A stretch of DNA of 64,000 nt from Octopus bimaculoides (GCF_001194135.2 NC_068998.1:48300719-48364718); one strand, 5' to 3'; shown: positions 11,901 to 23,738, numbered from the stretch's first letter. Program-made: numbers and translations. Notes: a model not told the origin generated them from the letters alone.

Positions 11901-12110
11901 GGTGAGCTGGTAGAACCATTAGCACGCCGGTCAAAATGCTTAGCGGCATTTCGTCCGTCTTTACGTTCTGAGTTCGAATTCCACCGAGATCGACTTTGTC
12001 TTTCATTATTTCAGGGTGGATAAAATAAATACCAGCCGAGCGCTGGGGTCGATTTGATCGACTTGGCCTCTCCTCCGGAACTGCTGGCATTGCGCCAAAA
12101 TCTGAAAGCA
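11901..12110 (+). mobile_element. tRNA-derived SINE (family A), near full length
   Basis: GGTGAGCTGGTAGAACCATTAGCACGCCGG...GAGTTCGAATTCC (B-box)...GGGGTCGATTTGATCGAC. Confidence 0.9.
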
Positions 12111-12479
12111 ATTTTTGTATAGAATTATGTGAAAACAGACACACACACACACATATACACGCGCATTTCCATATATATATATATATATGGGAGTGGGGGT
12201 GGGAAGAGAGAAGGTAAGAATTGAAAGAATTCTTATATATTCCTGCGTAGATAAATACATGCACCTACACATATATACACACACACACACGTATTTGCGT
12301 GTATGTGTGGATGTAAACACACAAGTGTCTGCGCTTATTCTAACACACACCTCTACATCTACACATATTTGTCCTCAACAAGTACGGCACCACCGACTCA
12401 CACACACACACACATACACACACACATTATTCTGGAATGATTGCCGTTAGTTTATCCCACTTAAGTAAGCTGTGAAGTG

Positions 12480-12610
12480 GGCAGCAGGTAAGTGTGGATA
12501 TTGTGCGGCCTAGAACAATCGCTATTTCCTCCAGACGGCAGCCATTTTGAGAATGAGATACACCGTCAAACAGGAAGTCACAGATCTATTGTGGTGACGT
12601 TCTTATCACG
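12480..12610. promoter_or_regulatory. possible promoter or first-exon island
   Basis: CAG|GTAAGT donor at 12485-12493, YY1-like GGCAGCCATTTTG at 12537-12549, ETS-like ACAGGAAGT at 12570-12578 and TGACGT at 12595-12600, in locally CpG-richer non-repetitive DNA. Confidence 0.2.
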
Positions 12611-12709
12611 GACGAAATGATAGAGCGGGTTCATTCGGTGCAAACAACGTAAACTTTGTTTAACAACGGATTAAACAGTGTTTCACGATTATCGACGCAG
12701 TTGTAGTAA

Positions 12710-12765
<56 letters not shown>

Positions 12766-13233
12766 ATTGTTTGTTTTTTTATTTCTTTTTATTTTATTGC
12801 TTATAATAATATCGTTTTAATGATATTAATGTTTTGAAATTGTTATTAATAACAATTTTATCAATTAATCTGCATATTTAGGTAGATTATTATTTTCTAG
12901 GTATTTTTCTTGTTGTTCTGAGTATTGTTGCTGTAGCTGTTGTTTAATCCTAGGTCAACCCTTCCTGAGCGCCTCTAATGATCAAAGCCGTTACAACTGC
13001 GACCATAGTGTCCATATTTTACCTTGTATAGTGCACTCAAGTCGACATACGTTCGCGAGATTTCGGGGCTATAAAAATTCTTATATCAGGTACAGCGAGG
13101 CCCCTTTCCTCTGCTCGGTTGAGTATGAAATTATTACGTGAAATAGGGCCAAGTGGAATGGCGGGCTGGACGACGATGTTCTAGTCTCAATTCCGATTTT
13201 AGTGTTGCTATTATTAGGAAGACTTAAGGCACC

Positions 13234-13450
13234 GAGCCGACAAAATCTTTAGCGCAACAGTCAAAATGCTTAGCGGCATTTCGTCCGTCATTATGTTCTG
13301 AGTTCAAATTCTACCGAAGTCGACTTCGTCTTTCATCCTTTCCGGGGTCGATAAAATAAGTATCAGGTATGTACTAAGGTCAATGTAATCGTCTAGCCGC
13401 CTCCCCTACCCCTAAATTTCAGGCCTTGTGCTTATAGCAAGAAAGATTAT
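13234..13450 (+). mobile_element. tRNA-derived SINE (family A)
   Basis: AAATGCTTAGCGGCATTTCGTCCG...GAGTTCAAATTC...GTCGACTT...GGGGTCGATAAAATAAGTA...AAATTTCAGGCCTTGTG. Confidence 0.85.
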
Positions 13451-13494
13451 TCGTAACCCTTAAAGCGCCGAGCTGGCTGGCCCCTTAGAAAATA

Positions 13495-13700
13495 CACGTA
13501 CAACAGAAACAGGAAGAAAGAGTGAGAAAAAGCTGTGGTGAAAGAGTACAGCGAGGTTCACCACTACCCCCTGCCGGAGCCTTGTGGAGCTTTAGGTGTT
13601 TTCGCTCAGTAAACACTCAAAACGCCCGATCTGGGAATCGAAACTGCGATCTTACGACAGCAAGTCCGCCGCCCTAACCACTGGGCCATTGCGCCTCCAC
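13495..13700 (-). mobile_element. tRNA-derived SINE (family D)
   Basis: Reverse-complement head TGGAGGCGCAATGGCCCAGTGGTTAGGG (A-box) ... GTTTCGATTCCC (B-box) continues into a non-tRNA body. Confidence 0.8.
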
Positions 13701-14237
13701 TACTGAGCCCAACAGAAAACTGACCTGAAGTTGCCATAGTAACATAAATGAAGAGTATCTCCATTCAGTAGATGTACCGCAAGGGATAGTGCTGTAGCCA
13801 TTCAGCGCAAGTCACTCCCTGAAAAGTTGAGAACGATCGTATATCAATCCACACCTTCACCATTTTCTTCTTGATAAGATTTTCTTCAAGATTTATATTT
13901 TATTTTACTTAGAAATTCCAGAAGTAATGCGAAGATGGCGATGGTCTACAGGTGTGGTATTGCTTTCTAGTCTGGACTTGCACGTTGAAGGTCGATGTGT
14001 GGTGTTGTCGTCTCAGAACTTTGTAATTACTTGAAAGGTCTGGTCCTACATCTGCTTCAGGGCAGTTAGATCCATCAGGAATGACGTCACCTACGCTGAA
14101 GAGGAAATCCCTTAGAACATGTGTGCTAAAATCGGAAGCCATATTTCAGTAGCTAACTGAAGAACCATGGTCAGCGGGTCACTCTTCAAGTGATTAAAGC
14201 TTTAATAAAACTGAATCTGGATTTACCAATCTTGATG

Positions 14238-14510
14238 TTTGGAGAGTGGAACGTAAGGATGCTTCTTAATCTTAGCAACACTAAAAGACCAAAACGAATT
14301 ATCATCAATGAGACGGCAGAAAGTATCATCGGCTTCACTATAAAAGTGAGCTAAAAATCAACGATAGAATCAACAAGCTCATCGATAAAAAGCGAAAGCT
14401 TCCGATGTCACACGAGCAAGACCTAAGAAGAAGACTTTCAAAGAACATGAATTTCCAGCGAAGACAAATTTGAAGAGCTAGGTTCTGATTATTTCGTTTG
14501 GGGAAACAGG
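14238..14510 (+). mobile_element. RTE-clade LINE AP-endonuclease N-terminal remnant
   Basis: FGEWNVRMLLNLSNTKRPKR ... EDKFEELGSDYFVWG resembles RTE GTWNVRTLLD..RPERR ... EGQLEEVGxGYTFFWSG. Interrupted by stops and frameshifts. Confidence 0.5.
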
Positions 14511-15139
14511 ATGGCCAAATTTAGAATAATGTTGATCATCGACCTAACTGATCAAGTTTACCTAGGGTTAAATAATAACAACTTCTTATGTTTATACAAT
14601 TAATAAAGTAAACGATTTGGAGATTAAATGCAATAAGGAAACAATTATAATGTTTGTTAATATGTTTAATTGTCCCATGGGGTCAATTAACTGTGTAATT
14701 TAGGGGTAGATTTATTGGTAGGTGGATCTACTTTCTGCAATTACACTTAAAAATAAAACAAAATATAATTTTATAAGTTTATGGTTTGGGGTTGGTGGTG
14801 GGGCTGTTTCATGTATTGGTGTCCCCTTTGGCATGAGTAAGCATAAATACGTGCGTGTGTGTGCGCGCGCGTGCATGCACATGTATGTGTATGTGTGTGT
14901 ATGCTTGCATATGTGTATGTGTGTGTGTACGTGTATGTGTGCGGTTTGTGTGTGTGCGTGCATTATATGTATGTGTGTGTGTGTGTGCGTGCATTATATG
15001 TATATGTGTGTGTGTATGTATGTGTGTGTGTGCGTGCATTATATGTATGTGTGTGTGTGTGTGTGTGTATGTGTGTGTGTGTGTGTGTGTCTGCGTATAA
15101 CCTTCGGTAAATGTTTAAACATCTTCATTTACACATATT

Positions 15140-15410
15140 TCAGGCCTCCAAGGTGTTCTTGAGCAAGACACTTTATTTCACGTTCCTCCTGTTCACTCAG
15201 TAGTAGAAATGAGTTGTGACATCATTGATGCCAAGCTGTATCGGCTTTTGTCTTTCCCTTGCCCAACATCGGTGGCATGGGAGATGAGACTGGTATACAT
15301 GGCCGACTGTTGGTCTTCCGCAATAAACCTTGCGGGACCTGTGCCTCGGAGGGGAATTTTCTGGGTGCTATATCTCATGGTCATTCGTGGCCGAAGTGGA
15401 TCTTTACCCT
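15140..15410 (+). mobile_element. SINE family B body and tail (5'-truncated)
   Basis: GTTCTTGAGCAAGACACTTTATTTCACG...CCAAGCTGTATCGG...CTCATGGTCA matches the reverse complement of 26826-27060. Confidence 0.8.
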
Positions 15411-16338
15411 TTGTATATATATNNNNNNNNNNNNNNNNNNNNNNNNNNNNNNNNNNNNNNNNNNNNNNNNNNNNNNNNNNNNNNNNNNNNNNNNNNNNNN
15501 NNNNNNNNNNNNNNNNNNNNNNNNNNNNNNNNNNNNNNNNNNNNNNNNNNNNNNNNNNNNNNNNNNNNNNNNNNNNNNNNNNNNNNNNNNNNNNNNNNNN
15601 NNNNNNNNNNNNNNNNNNNNNNNNNNNNNNNNNNNNNNNNNNNNNNNNNNNNNNNNNNNNNNNNNNNNNNNNNNNNNNNNNNNNNNNNNNNNNNNNNNNN
15701 NNNNNNNNNNNNNNNNNNNNNNNNNNNNNNNNNNNNNNNNNNNNNNNNNNNNNNNNNNNNNNNNNNNNNNNNNNNNNNNNNNNNNNNNNNNNNNNNNNNN
15801 NNNNNNNNNNNNNNNNNNNNNNNNNNNNNNNNNNNNNNNNNNNNNNNNNNNNNNNNNNNNNNNNNNNNNNNNNNNNNNNNNNNNNNNNNNNNNNNNNNNN
15901 NNNNNNNNNNNNNNNNNNNNNNNNNNNNNNNNNNNNNNNNNNNNNNNNNNNNNNNNNNNNNNNNNNNNNNNNNNNNNNNNNNNNNNNNNNNNNNNNNNNN
16001 NNNNNNNNNNNNNNNNNNNNNNNNNNNNNNNNNNNNNNNNNNNNNNNNNNNNATATATATACATACACACATACACACACATAAACGCACACACATATAT
16101 ATTAACGTTTGTTTTGAAAACAATTTAACGTTAAGCTGAATGAATACCCAACATTTTTTCTTACAGCACATATCTATAAACTTTTACAAGGAAAAAGCTA
16201 ACAGTCTCTTCGATGTTTCGGCTTACTCGCATAAAGGTGACCAACTTCGAAGTCACTGTCAGTATTTTCTTTGGAAAGGTTAATAACTAAATGCGTGTGT
16301 GCGTGTGCGTGTGTGTGTGTGTGTGCGCGCGCGCGAGC

Positions 16339-16369
<31 letters not shown>

Positions 16370-16877
16370 TGTGTGTGTGTCTAAGTGATGACGATGTAAT
16401 GATGTTTGTTAGGACAAAGCTACAGATGATGTTAATCTGCCTGCTGTGAAATATATTTGGTTAAAGTGTGAAAGATTAAAGGGAGATTATAGCTGAAGTA
16501 AGATAATAAATAGTAACACAACTTGGTATGTATGTGTGTGTATGTATTTACGGCTCTGTGTGTGCATCCGCGTGCGTCTGTATGTGGGTTTTGTGTGAGG
16601 ACGTGTGTGTGCGTTCGATTGTATGTGTGTGTATGCGTGTGTGCATACGTGTTCCGTGCCTGTGTGCAAGACTATATTATGTAAGTATGTGTGTTTGTGT
16701 TATATATATATGACTGGTTTGTGTGCATGTGTCTGTATGTATTTATCTTTGGAGTTGCAAGATTAATGTACATTCCTAAAGCCTTTACGTGTTTAGTCAT
16801 GCATAAATCCTAGGTTAGTTAAAAGGATGAGGAGTAGTTCTGAAGTGGAGGTGGGGGGGGTCGAAAAAAACCACTAA

Positions 16878-16921
16878 AATCTTGGTTTCTCTTCTATAAT
16901 GTGGGTACCACTAAAAGCTTA

Positions 16922-16954
<33 letters not shown>

Positions 16955-17345
16955 CCCCTCCTCTGTCTCTGTTCTATAAAGAGGGTACCACTGAAAACTT
17001 GGTCCCTCTCTCTCTCTTTCTCCCTCTCTTCAACCCTCTGTTCTAAAGTAGGGTGTACCACTAAAAGTTTGGTTTCACTCATTTCAGGGAGTACCACTAA
17101 AAACTTACCTTCTCTGTTCTATAATTTGAGGTACCACAAAAATCTTAGCCTCTCTGGTCTAAATTGATGGTACCAGTAAAAAACTGCTTTCTCTGTTCTG
17201 TTCTGTAATGAGAGTGCAACAGTATCCTCTCTCTCTCTTTTCCTTTCTCTCTCTGTTTCTTTGTCTCTGTCTGTCTGTCTCTTTCTCCATCTCTCTCTCT
17301 CTCTCTCCGTTCTAAATTGCAGTGTACCTCTAAAACTTTACAGTT
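16878..17345. repeat. degenerate minisatellite (GTACCACTAAAA...CTGTTCTA unit) with microsatellite insertions
   Basis: About 8 recurrences of GTACCAC(T/A)(A/G)AAA followed by a CT-rich stretch and CTGTTCTA(T)AA. Confidence 0.75.
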
Positions 17346-17490
17346 CTATATTTCGGAAGCAGCACATATGCTAGGACACAACAACCTCCTAAGCAGACCA
17401 AGTGCAGATATGAATAGCATATGGGAACCGGTATTAAGAAAGGATAGGAGAATATGCTTTAAATGCTCTTTGGATACTTCCATGTTAGAA

Positions 17491-17521
17491 AGGGTTAGGG
17501 TTAGGGTTAGGGTTAGGGTTA
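17491..17521 (+). repeat. short interstitial telomere-type (TTAGGG)n array
   Basis: AGGGTTAGGGTTAGGGTTAGGGTTAGGGTTA, about 5 units. Confidence 0.85.
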
Positions 17522-17760
17522 CTCAAAGAAATTTTAATTCTATTATTCTGTAAAATAATATTTAATTAGTTTAAACGTACACAGATNNNNNNNNNNNNNN
17601 NNNNNNNNNNNNNNNNNNNNNNNNNNNNNNNNNNNNNNNNNNNNNNNNNNNNNNNNNNNNNNNNNNNNNNNNNNNNNNNNNNNNNNNNNNNNNNNNNNNN
17701 NNNNNNNNNNNNNNNNNNNNNNNNNNNNNNNNNNNNNNNNNNNNNNNNNNTATATATATA

Positions 17761-17911
17761 CATGACAGGCTTCTCCCAGTTTCCGTCAACCGAATCCACT
17801 CACAAGGCTTTGGTTCGCCCGAGGTTATAGTAGAAGGGCCCAAATTGCTGCGCAAAAGGATTGAACCCTGACCGCTACTCTGGACATTAAGCTTTTTAAC
17901 CATACAGCCAT
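17761..17911 (-). mobile_element. SINE family C
   Basis: GACAGGCTTCTCCCAGTTTCCGTC...CACTCACAAGGCTTTGGTT...ATTGAACCC...TAACCATACAGCCA. Confidence 0.75.
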
Positions 17912-18504
17912 ACTTGTTAGTCGATGGAATTAACCACAGTATATGACTGGTACATAATGTTACCATGACAACAACGCTCCTACCACCACCGCCACTGCCA
18001 CCGTCACCCCACATCCCCCACTAAAAGCTACAATAATGACCGAGATAAATGAATTAATAATTAGAAATGTTAATTTATTTAATTAGTGAACATTATGTAA
18101 ATTTCTGTTATTTCAATTGAAATTTCTTATTTATCCGGAAATATAATTCTCGCCTTTTTATTGTTGCTGTTGTTGTCGTGGTGGTGGTGGTGGTGGTTGA
18201 GATGGTGGTGATAATGTTAGTGGTGGTTTTCTCTATTTTGGGATGGTGCTGGTAGCACTGGTTGTGGTGACGGTGGTAGTATTAGTGGTAGTAATAGTGG
18301 TGGTGGTAGTAGCATTGGTGGCGGTGGTGCTGGTAATGATGGTTGTAGTGGTTTTGGAGTTGGTGATGGTGGAGGTGGTTTTTGTTGTTGTTGTGGTGGT
18401 GCTGGTGGTGATGTTGGTGGCAGCGGTGAAGGTGAGAGTTGTAATAAGAGGTTTCACTGTTCTTGCTATCCCTGGATGTTGTTGTTGCAATTGTTATTGT
18501 AATT

Positions 18505-18640
18505 TCTTTCTACTGCACAGAGCCAGCAATTTTGGAAGGAAGGCGGTTCGTCGATTACATCGATCCCAGTGCTTAACTGATATTTATATTATCGATCCTG
18601 AAAGTTTCAAAGTCGTAGAGGAATTTGATCTCAGAACGCA
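18505..18640 (-). mobile_element. SINE family A fragment
   Basis: CCAGCAATTTTGG...GTCGATTACATCGATCCCAG...TTATCGATCC...GGAATTTGATCTCAGAACG. Confidence 0.7.
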
Positions 18641-18870
18641 AATCCTGTCCGTGTTTTCTTTGTATCGTCTATCTGTATGTTTTGTCCCTTTCTTGTATCA
18701 CCTAACTGTCTGGATGTTTTGCGTTCTTGTCCCATTCTGTATTATTTATATATACAAACTAATACTCAGATATATGTACATGGAATAGAAATCTGCAGTC
18801 TATGTGTCTGTCTATGTCAGGCTGTCATCCGAATGACTCCTTCAAGACTCCCACGGACCACCCTCTATAC

Positions 18871-19401
18871 CAGGGATGGGAAAATCCCCGCCCGCGGGGG
18901 CAATTGCTCCCTCGAGCACATTCTATTGCACCCGTAGGCCGATACGGTCGTATGTACAAAATACAGTAATTTTTTTCAATTATAAAATGTTTACAATATT
19001 CATATGCCTGTTTGCGACATAGGCCACGTTTCCACTACGATTTATTACGGTTAGACTCGAACAGAGATTGAATGGAAATTTCCACTTGAATGGAAATTTT
19101 GTTTTCACTATAAAAGACATATTGCTAGGTTTGTACCACCCCCTTGAGACCCAACTACATTCTAGCTAAAATATAGAATACCGCATAAATAACATAAACG
19201 TCCTAAATTCAGTAGCGGTGTTAATGATGTTACGCTTTAATTTAATGTGTTAAACTAATCTTATTAATGTATATCGAATTATACATAGATATATATACAA
19301 GATTTACACAGATATAAGAGTTGGAACATGTGGTCCGCCTGTGGACCTTTTTTTTCACTGGAAATTTTTGTCCTCCCCACTAAAAAGTTTTCCCATCCCT
19401 G
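18871..19401. mobile_element. complete non-autonomous hAT transposon (MITE)
   Basis: Perfect 14-bp TIRs CAGGGATGGGAAAA (18871-18884) and TTTTCCCATCCCTG (19388-19401). Identical 8-bp flanks CTCTATAC at 18863-18870 and 19402-19409; an 8-bp TSD is diagnostic of hAT. Confidence 0.9.
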
Positions 19402-20779
19402 CTCTATACCGAGCTCGTCAATGCCAGGGACAACTGAAGTCGTCCCTCCTTTAAACCGGCATCAGCCCTTTCACCTGGGAAACAAAAGATACCGACTGTC
19501 CATCTTGGCGAAGAGCAATTCATTTTGGCTGTTCCATTTTTGAGGAGAGGAGTAAAACTGAAGAAAAAGAAGGCAACACAAGGCCCAGCAACTCCAGCCA
19601 AGACCACCATCCACCCTGCCATGCGATCAATGCCCGTGATTGTTCCTTTCCTGGCTTGGCCTTCTGAGCCATGTCAGGTTTAAGCATCATGGAAGCACTA
19701 GATAAACAAAACTCGGACACGAACGTGTTACCGACGACGGTATACACACACAACATTTATAACATATTTATTCAGAATATATGCAACACACACGCACACA
19801 AATGCGTACATATACATGTACATATTTTGTATGTATCCACATGTATACATATACACACACACATATATTAACATACGTTTGTATATGTTTTCACCCACCA
19901 TTGCTTAAAGATCTTTTCAACATTATCGTCTGCTTTATTCAATATCCCTTCCCTTCATTCAATATCCCTTCCCTTTCAAACAAAACGAGTTAGTGATCTG
20001 TAAACTTTTATGAAGTTGACACTAAATTCAGCAAAAAGGTAGCACATTGTGCAGAGTTTATTCAATTTGGCTTTAAGTATGAGTTAGTAATTGAATGGAG
20101 TTTAAAGGAGAATAATGTAAAGGAGATTTATGTGACTACGTCAGAAATAATGTGATATTGTCGAATATGGAGAACAAATACAAAACAATCATAATATAAG
20201 CGATTTATAATGTGTCACAGGTACTGAATTATGGTCAAATTTTAAGGCTTGTTCTGTGTCAGTAGCTAGGCTTTGTCTGGTTTTATGGGGTGGGGTACCA
20301 CAAGTTGGTATAAATTCTATATTGTAAGAAGTGACAGAATTATAGAAACGACTTGTGTTTCTCTTTGTTCTTTCATTTCTACAAGAAAACAAGTCCTATA
20401 GATAAGCCAGTGTACAAGTGATAAATTTAACCCGTAGATAAATATTTTTTCAGAGAATTAACACTTATATATAATTCTTAAAATATCGGAGTTGTGTTTT
20501 AAGCCACTAAAGCATATAAATGACGAAAATACTACAGCCAGAAGCTGGTATAAATTCTACATCGTAAGTAGTTATAGAATTATAAAAATGCATTGTGTTT
20601 CCTTGTAGCTTACAATGTTAAATTCTTCCCACAAGAATTTAACATTGGTTCCGGGCCGCACACAAAGAAAATACTTCAAAATTTTATTTCTATTTTATCG
20701 ACTATCACATTCGTCAGCAAGATGTTTTTTTACGCTATATATGTAATATATGCATTGTATATGTAATAATTATTTCTTC

Positions 20780-20912
20780 TAAAACCACAAGGCCTGAAAT
20801 TTAGTGTGGGGAGACTCGTCGATTAGATCGATTTCAATGTTTCTCTGGTACTTAATTCATCGACCCCGAAAAGATGAAAGGCAAAGTCGACCACAGCGGA
20901 ATTTGAACTCAG
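20780..20912 (-). mobile_element. SINE family A fragment
   Basis: CACAAGGCCTGAAATTT...GTCGATTAGATCGA...ATCGACCCCGAAAAGATGAAAGGCAAAGTCGACC...GGAATTTGAACTCAG. Confidence 0.8.
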
Positions 20913-21182
20913 TTTTTCGCTCATTTTGGTACTTTCATGGCAATATGCTTCTGCAGTCATGAGTTTTTTTTCCAGGTTTTAAAAAGTTATAGCGGATGAG
21001 TCCAGCAGTACACCACCGAACAGTCATCATAACCTTTGTTTTGAAGAGCTCGGGTTTAAGGAAGGTTTTCACTGCTTCATTTTGGCCCAACCACTGTGAA
21101 GAACGTTTTTTCATTATTGTACAGAATCAACCTCTCATCGCAAGTTACAATACGGTTGAGAAATGGATCGGTCTGGTTACGG
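20913..21182 (-). mobile_element. mariner transposase catalytic-domain fragment
   Basis: Minus strand PFLNRIVTCDERLILYNNEKRSSQWLGQNEAVKTFLKPELFKTKVMMTVRWCTAGLIRYNFLKPG matches mariner FLxRIVTxDEKW...KKVMxTVWW...YxFLxPG, including the first catalytic D. Confidence 0.85.
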
Positions 21183-21862
21183 AGAAGAAGCGACACAGAC
21201 GTGTGTGTGTGTGTGTTTTTTATTCTTGATCTAGCATGACTGCAGCCGCATGGCTGCGGTCATGCTGGAACACCACCATGATTTTGCACTCTTAGGTATG
21301 ATACTTCTTTGCCTGATTTCTTCAGAGTGGTGGGGTTTCGTACCACCACTCCTATATATGCTTTTACCCTGGCTGTTGGTCCATGCGACATATGAGGAAG
21401 TTTGATACCGCTGCTCTCATCTGTACCTCATGTCGGGTCGTAAGTTTATCTGGTATTGTGGAGACGAGAATATCTGNNNNNNNNNNNNNNNNNNNNNNNN
21501 NNNNNNNNNNNNNNNNNNNNNNNNNNNNNNNNNNNNNNNNNNNNNNNNNNNNNNNNNNNNNNNNNNNNNNNNNNNNNNNNNNNNNNNNNNNNNNNNNNNN
21601 NNNNNNNNNNNNNNNNNNNNNNNNNNNNNNNNNNNNNNNNNNNNNNNNNNNNNNNNNNNNNNNNNNNNNNNNNNNNNNNNNNNNNNNNNNNNNNNNNNNN
21701 NNNNNNNNNNNNNNNNNNNNNNNNNNNNNNNNNNNNNNNNNNNNNNNNNNNNNNNNNNNNNNNNNNNNNNNNNNNNNNNNNNNNNNNNNNNNNNNNNNNN
21801 NNNNNNNNNNNNNNNNNNNNNNNNNNNNNNNNNNNNNNNNNNNNNNNNNNNNNNNNNNNNNN

Positions 21863-21893
<31 letters not shown>

Positions 21894-22581
21894 TACACGC
21901 ATGATTGTATGAATGTCTGTTTGTTGTGCGTACGCTTTCATGCATGCATATATAACTACAAAAAATTGAGATTGAAATGATGACAACGATAAGTTAACAT
22001 TTTTCTTTCCCCTTTCAAACTGAAATAAATAGAACCATTTATATTTTACTTCTTCAATTTAAACACACCTAAGCATTTCTATTGAATGCATTAGTGATGA
22101 ATTTCTCGCCCTCTAGCGTTGATAAATTGTCTAGTTATGCACGTCTGAATATAGATTATATTAACATAAATCTCTTAATAGAAAATCTGTTAAACTTTAA
22201 CGAAAGAGTACTAGATACACCAGCTGAGTTGTATTTTTTTAATTTTTTATGTGTTAAGGAGTGGTTTACACGCATAAAATCTATTTGTACATTGTTAGTA
22301 AGATATATAACTCGCTAGAAGAGGCGTTTGAAATGTTTTATTAAATAGTGAAACGATCATCTGCTCAAAATTCAAACTGCGTAACAGCACGAACAATAAA
22401 ATGCCTCCTCTATAGCTAACGTGCACACACACACACACACATATATATACTTACACATACATACATATATAATTCAGAAATCCCTCTACCATTTAAATGA
22501 TATATAAAAATGTTATTCATTTTGTGGCAAATTTGTTCTATATATTTTAATGCTATATTCTGTTTTATTATGAACACTTTC

Positions 22582-22616
<35 letters not shown>

Positions 22617-22626
22617 TATATCAGTT

Positions 22627-22664
<38 letters not shown>

Positions 22665-22666
22665 TA

Positions 22667-22707
<41 letters not shown>

Positions 22708-23698
22708 NNNNNNNNNNATATATATATATACATAATGAAAATAAGACACGGTAGAAAATGCTAAAATAATTTTACTATGAAGAACATTTTACTACCGGTT
22801 TCAGTCATTGCGACTTTTTCAACTTAGAGTAAAGTTTGGAACACAATTGAATTATGGAAAAATTAAATGAGATGTTTTTAAAAACCAATTCAGACTCAAC
22901 AAATAACCTTTTCCTCTACTGATACCCACACCACATTGTCATATCCTTTCTGCATTGGGAAAGTTTTAATAAAAGGAAAATGGACAATAGTTAAAGTTTG
23001 AGAAGCACTAATGTAATGCTTCTTTCATATGCTTTGAACAATTCTGCCACCGACCACATAAATCTTAACTGCAGTATCTTCATCTGTATACTACTCATGA
23101 GCATGTTGCAATAAAGAGGTAGTGTTTCCTTTAGCCACCTTTCGCATAGACTACATTTGTCGTACCTACCTGTTCTTAAAATAACACGCTGTTAACCTAA
23201 AATAACTTCAGTTTAGCATTTTGCAGACGAAGGTATTACTAAAGCATTTACCTTTAAATGGCCATTAGTTGAGGTTAAGTACAATAGGTTGATTTCATGG
23301 CAGAAAATTATACGAAAATCGAGACGTGGGTGTAAACACTAGCGAATAATTCAGTCTAACTGGAAACATTAAAATTCTGCTCAATTGTTATAAACTGTAT
23401 ACAAGTTACAATAAATACTTGATAACCTCAATTGATAGCTTAATATTTCCTACATCATTATATTCATATTTCTTGATATATTTGAAACATGAGAAGCTCT
23501 ACATAAATGTATAGATACATACATACACACACACGGATATATAAATATATATGCATGAATACATGCGTGTATTAGCTGTGTAGATAGGTAGATAGATAGA
23601 TAAAAAAAATAGACAGAGAAGGGGCGACAGAGACAAACTTGGAGATAAATGCTATTTTCAATATGATACAGCCTCTCACACTGATAAACTAGACAGCC

Positions 23699-23738
<40 letters not shown>

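Noticed and set aside
13620-13700. tRNA-like sequences with A and B boxes (also 27050-27126, 39547-39615 and 1440-1512)
   Set aside because: They run into shared SINE bodies and lack a complete cloverleaf and acceptor stem, so they are SINE heads and not tRNA genes.
16878-17345. CRISPR-like repeat and spacer appearance
   Set aside because: The context is eukaryotic, repeats are short and degenerate, linkers are similar CT-rich microsatellites, and there are no cas genes.
20305-20605. Diverged direct repeat of about 60 bp spaced about 240 bp apart
   Set aside because: No LTR hallmarks (TG..CA, PBS or TSD) and no internal coding. Probably a local duplication in an old repeat.
22992-23010. AAAGTTTGAGAAGCACTA resembling a hAT-Charlie terminus
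   Set aside because: No matching second TIR or TSD found nearby.
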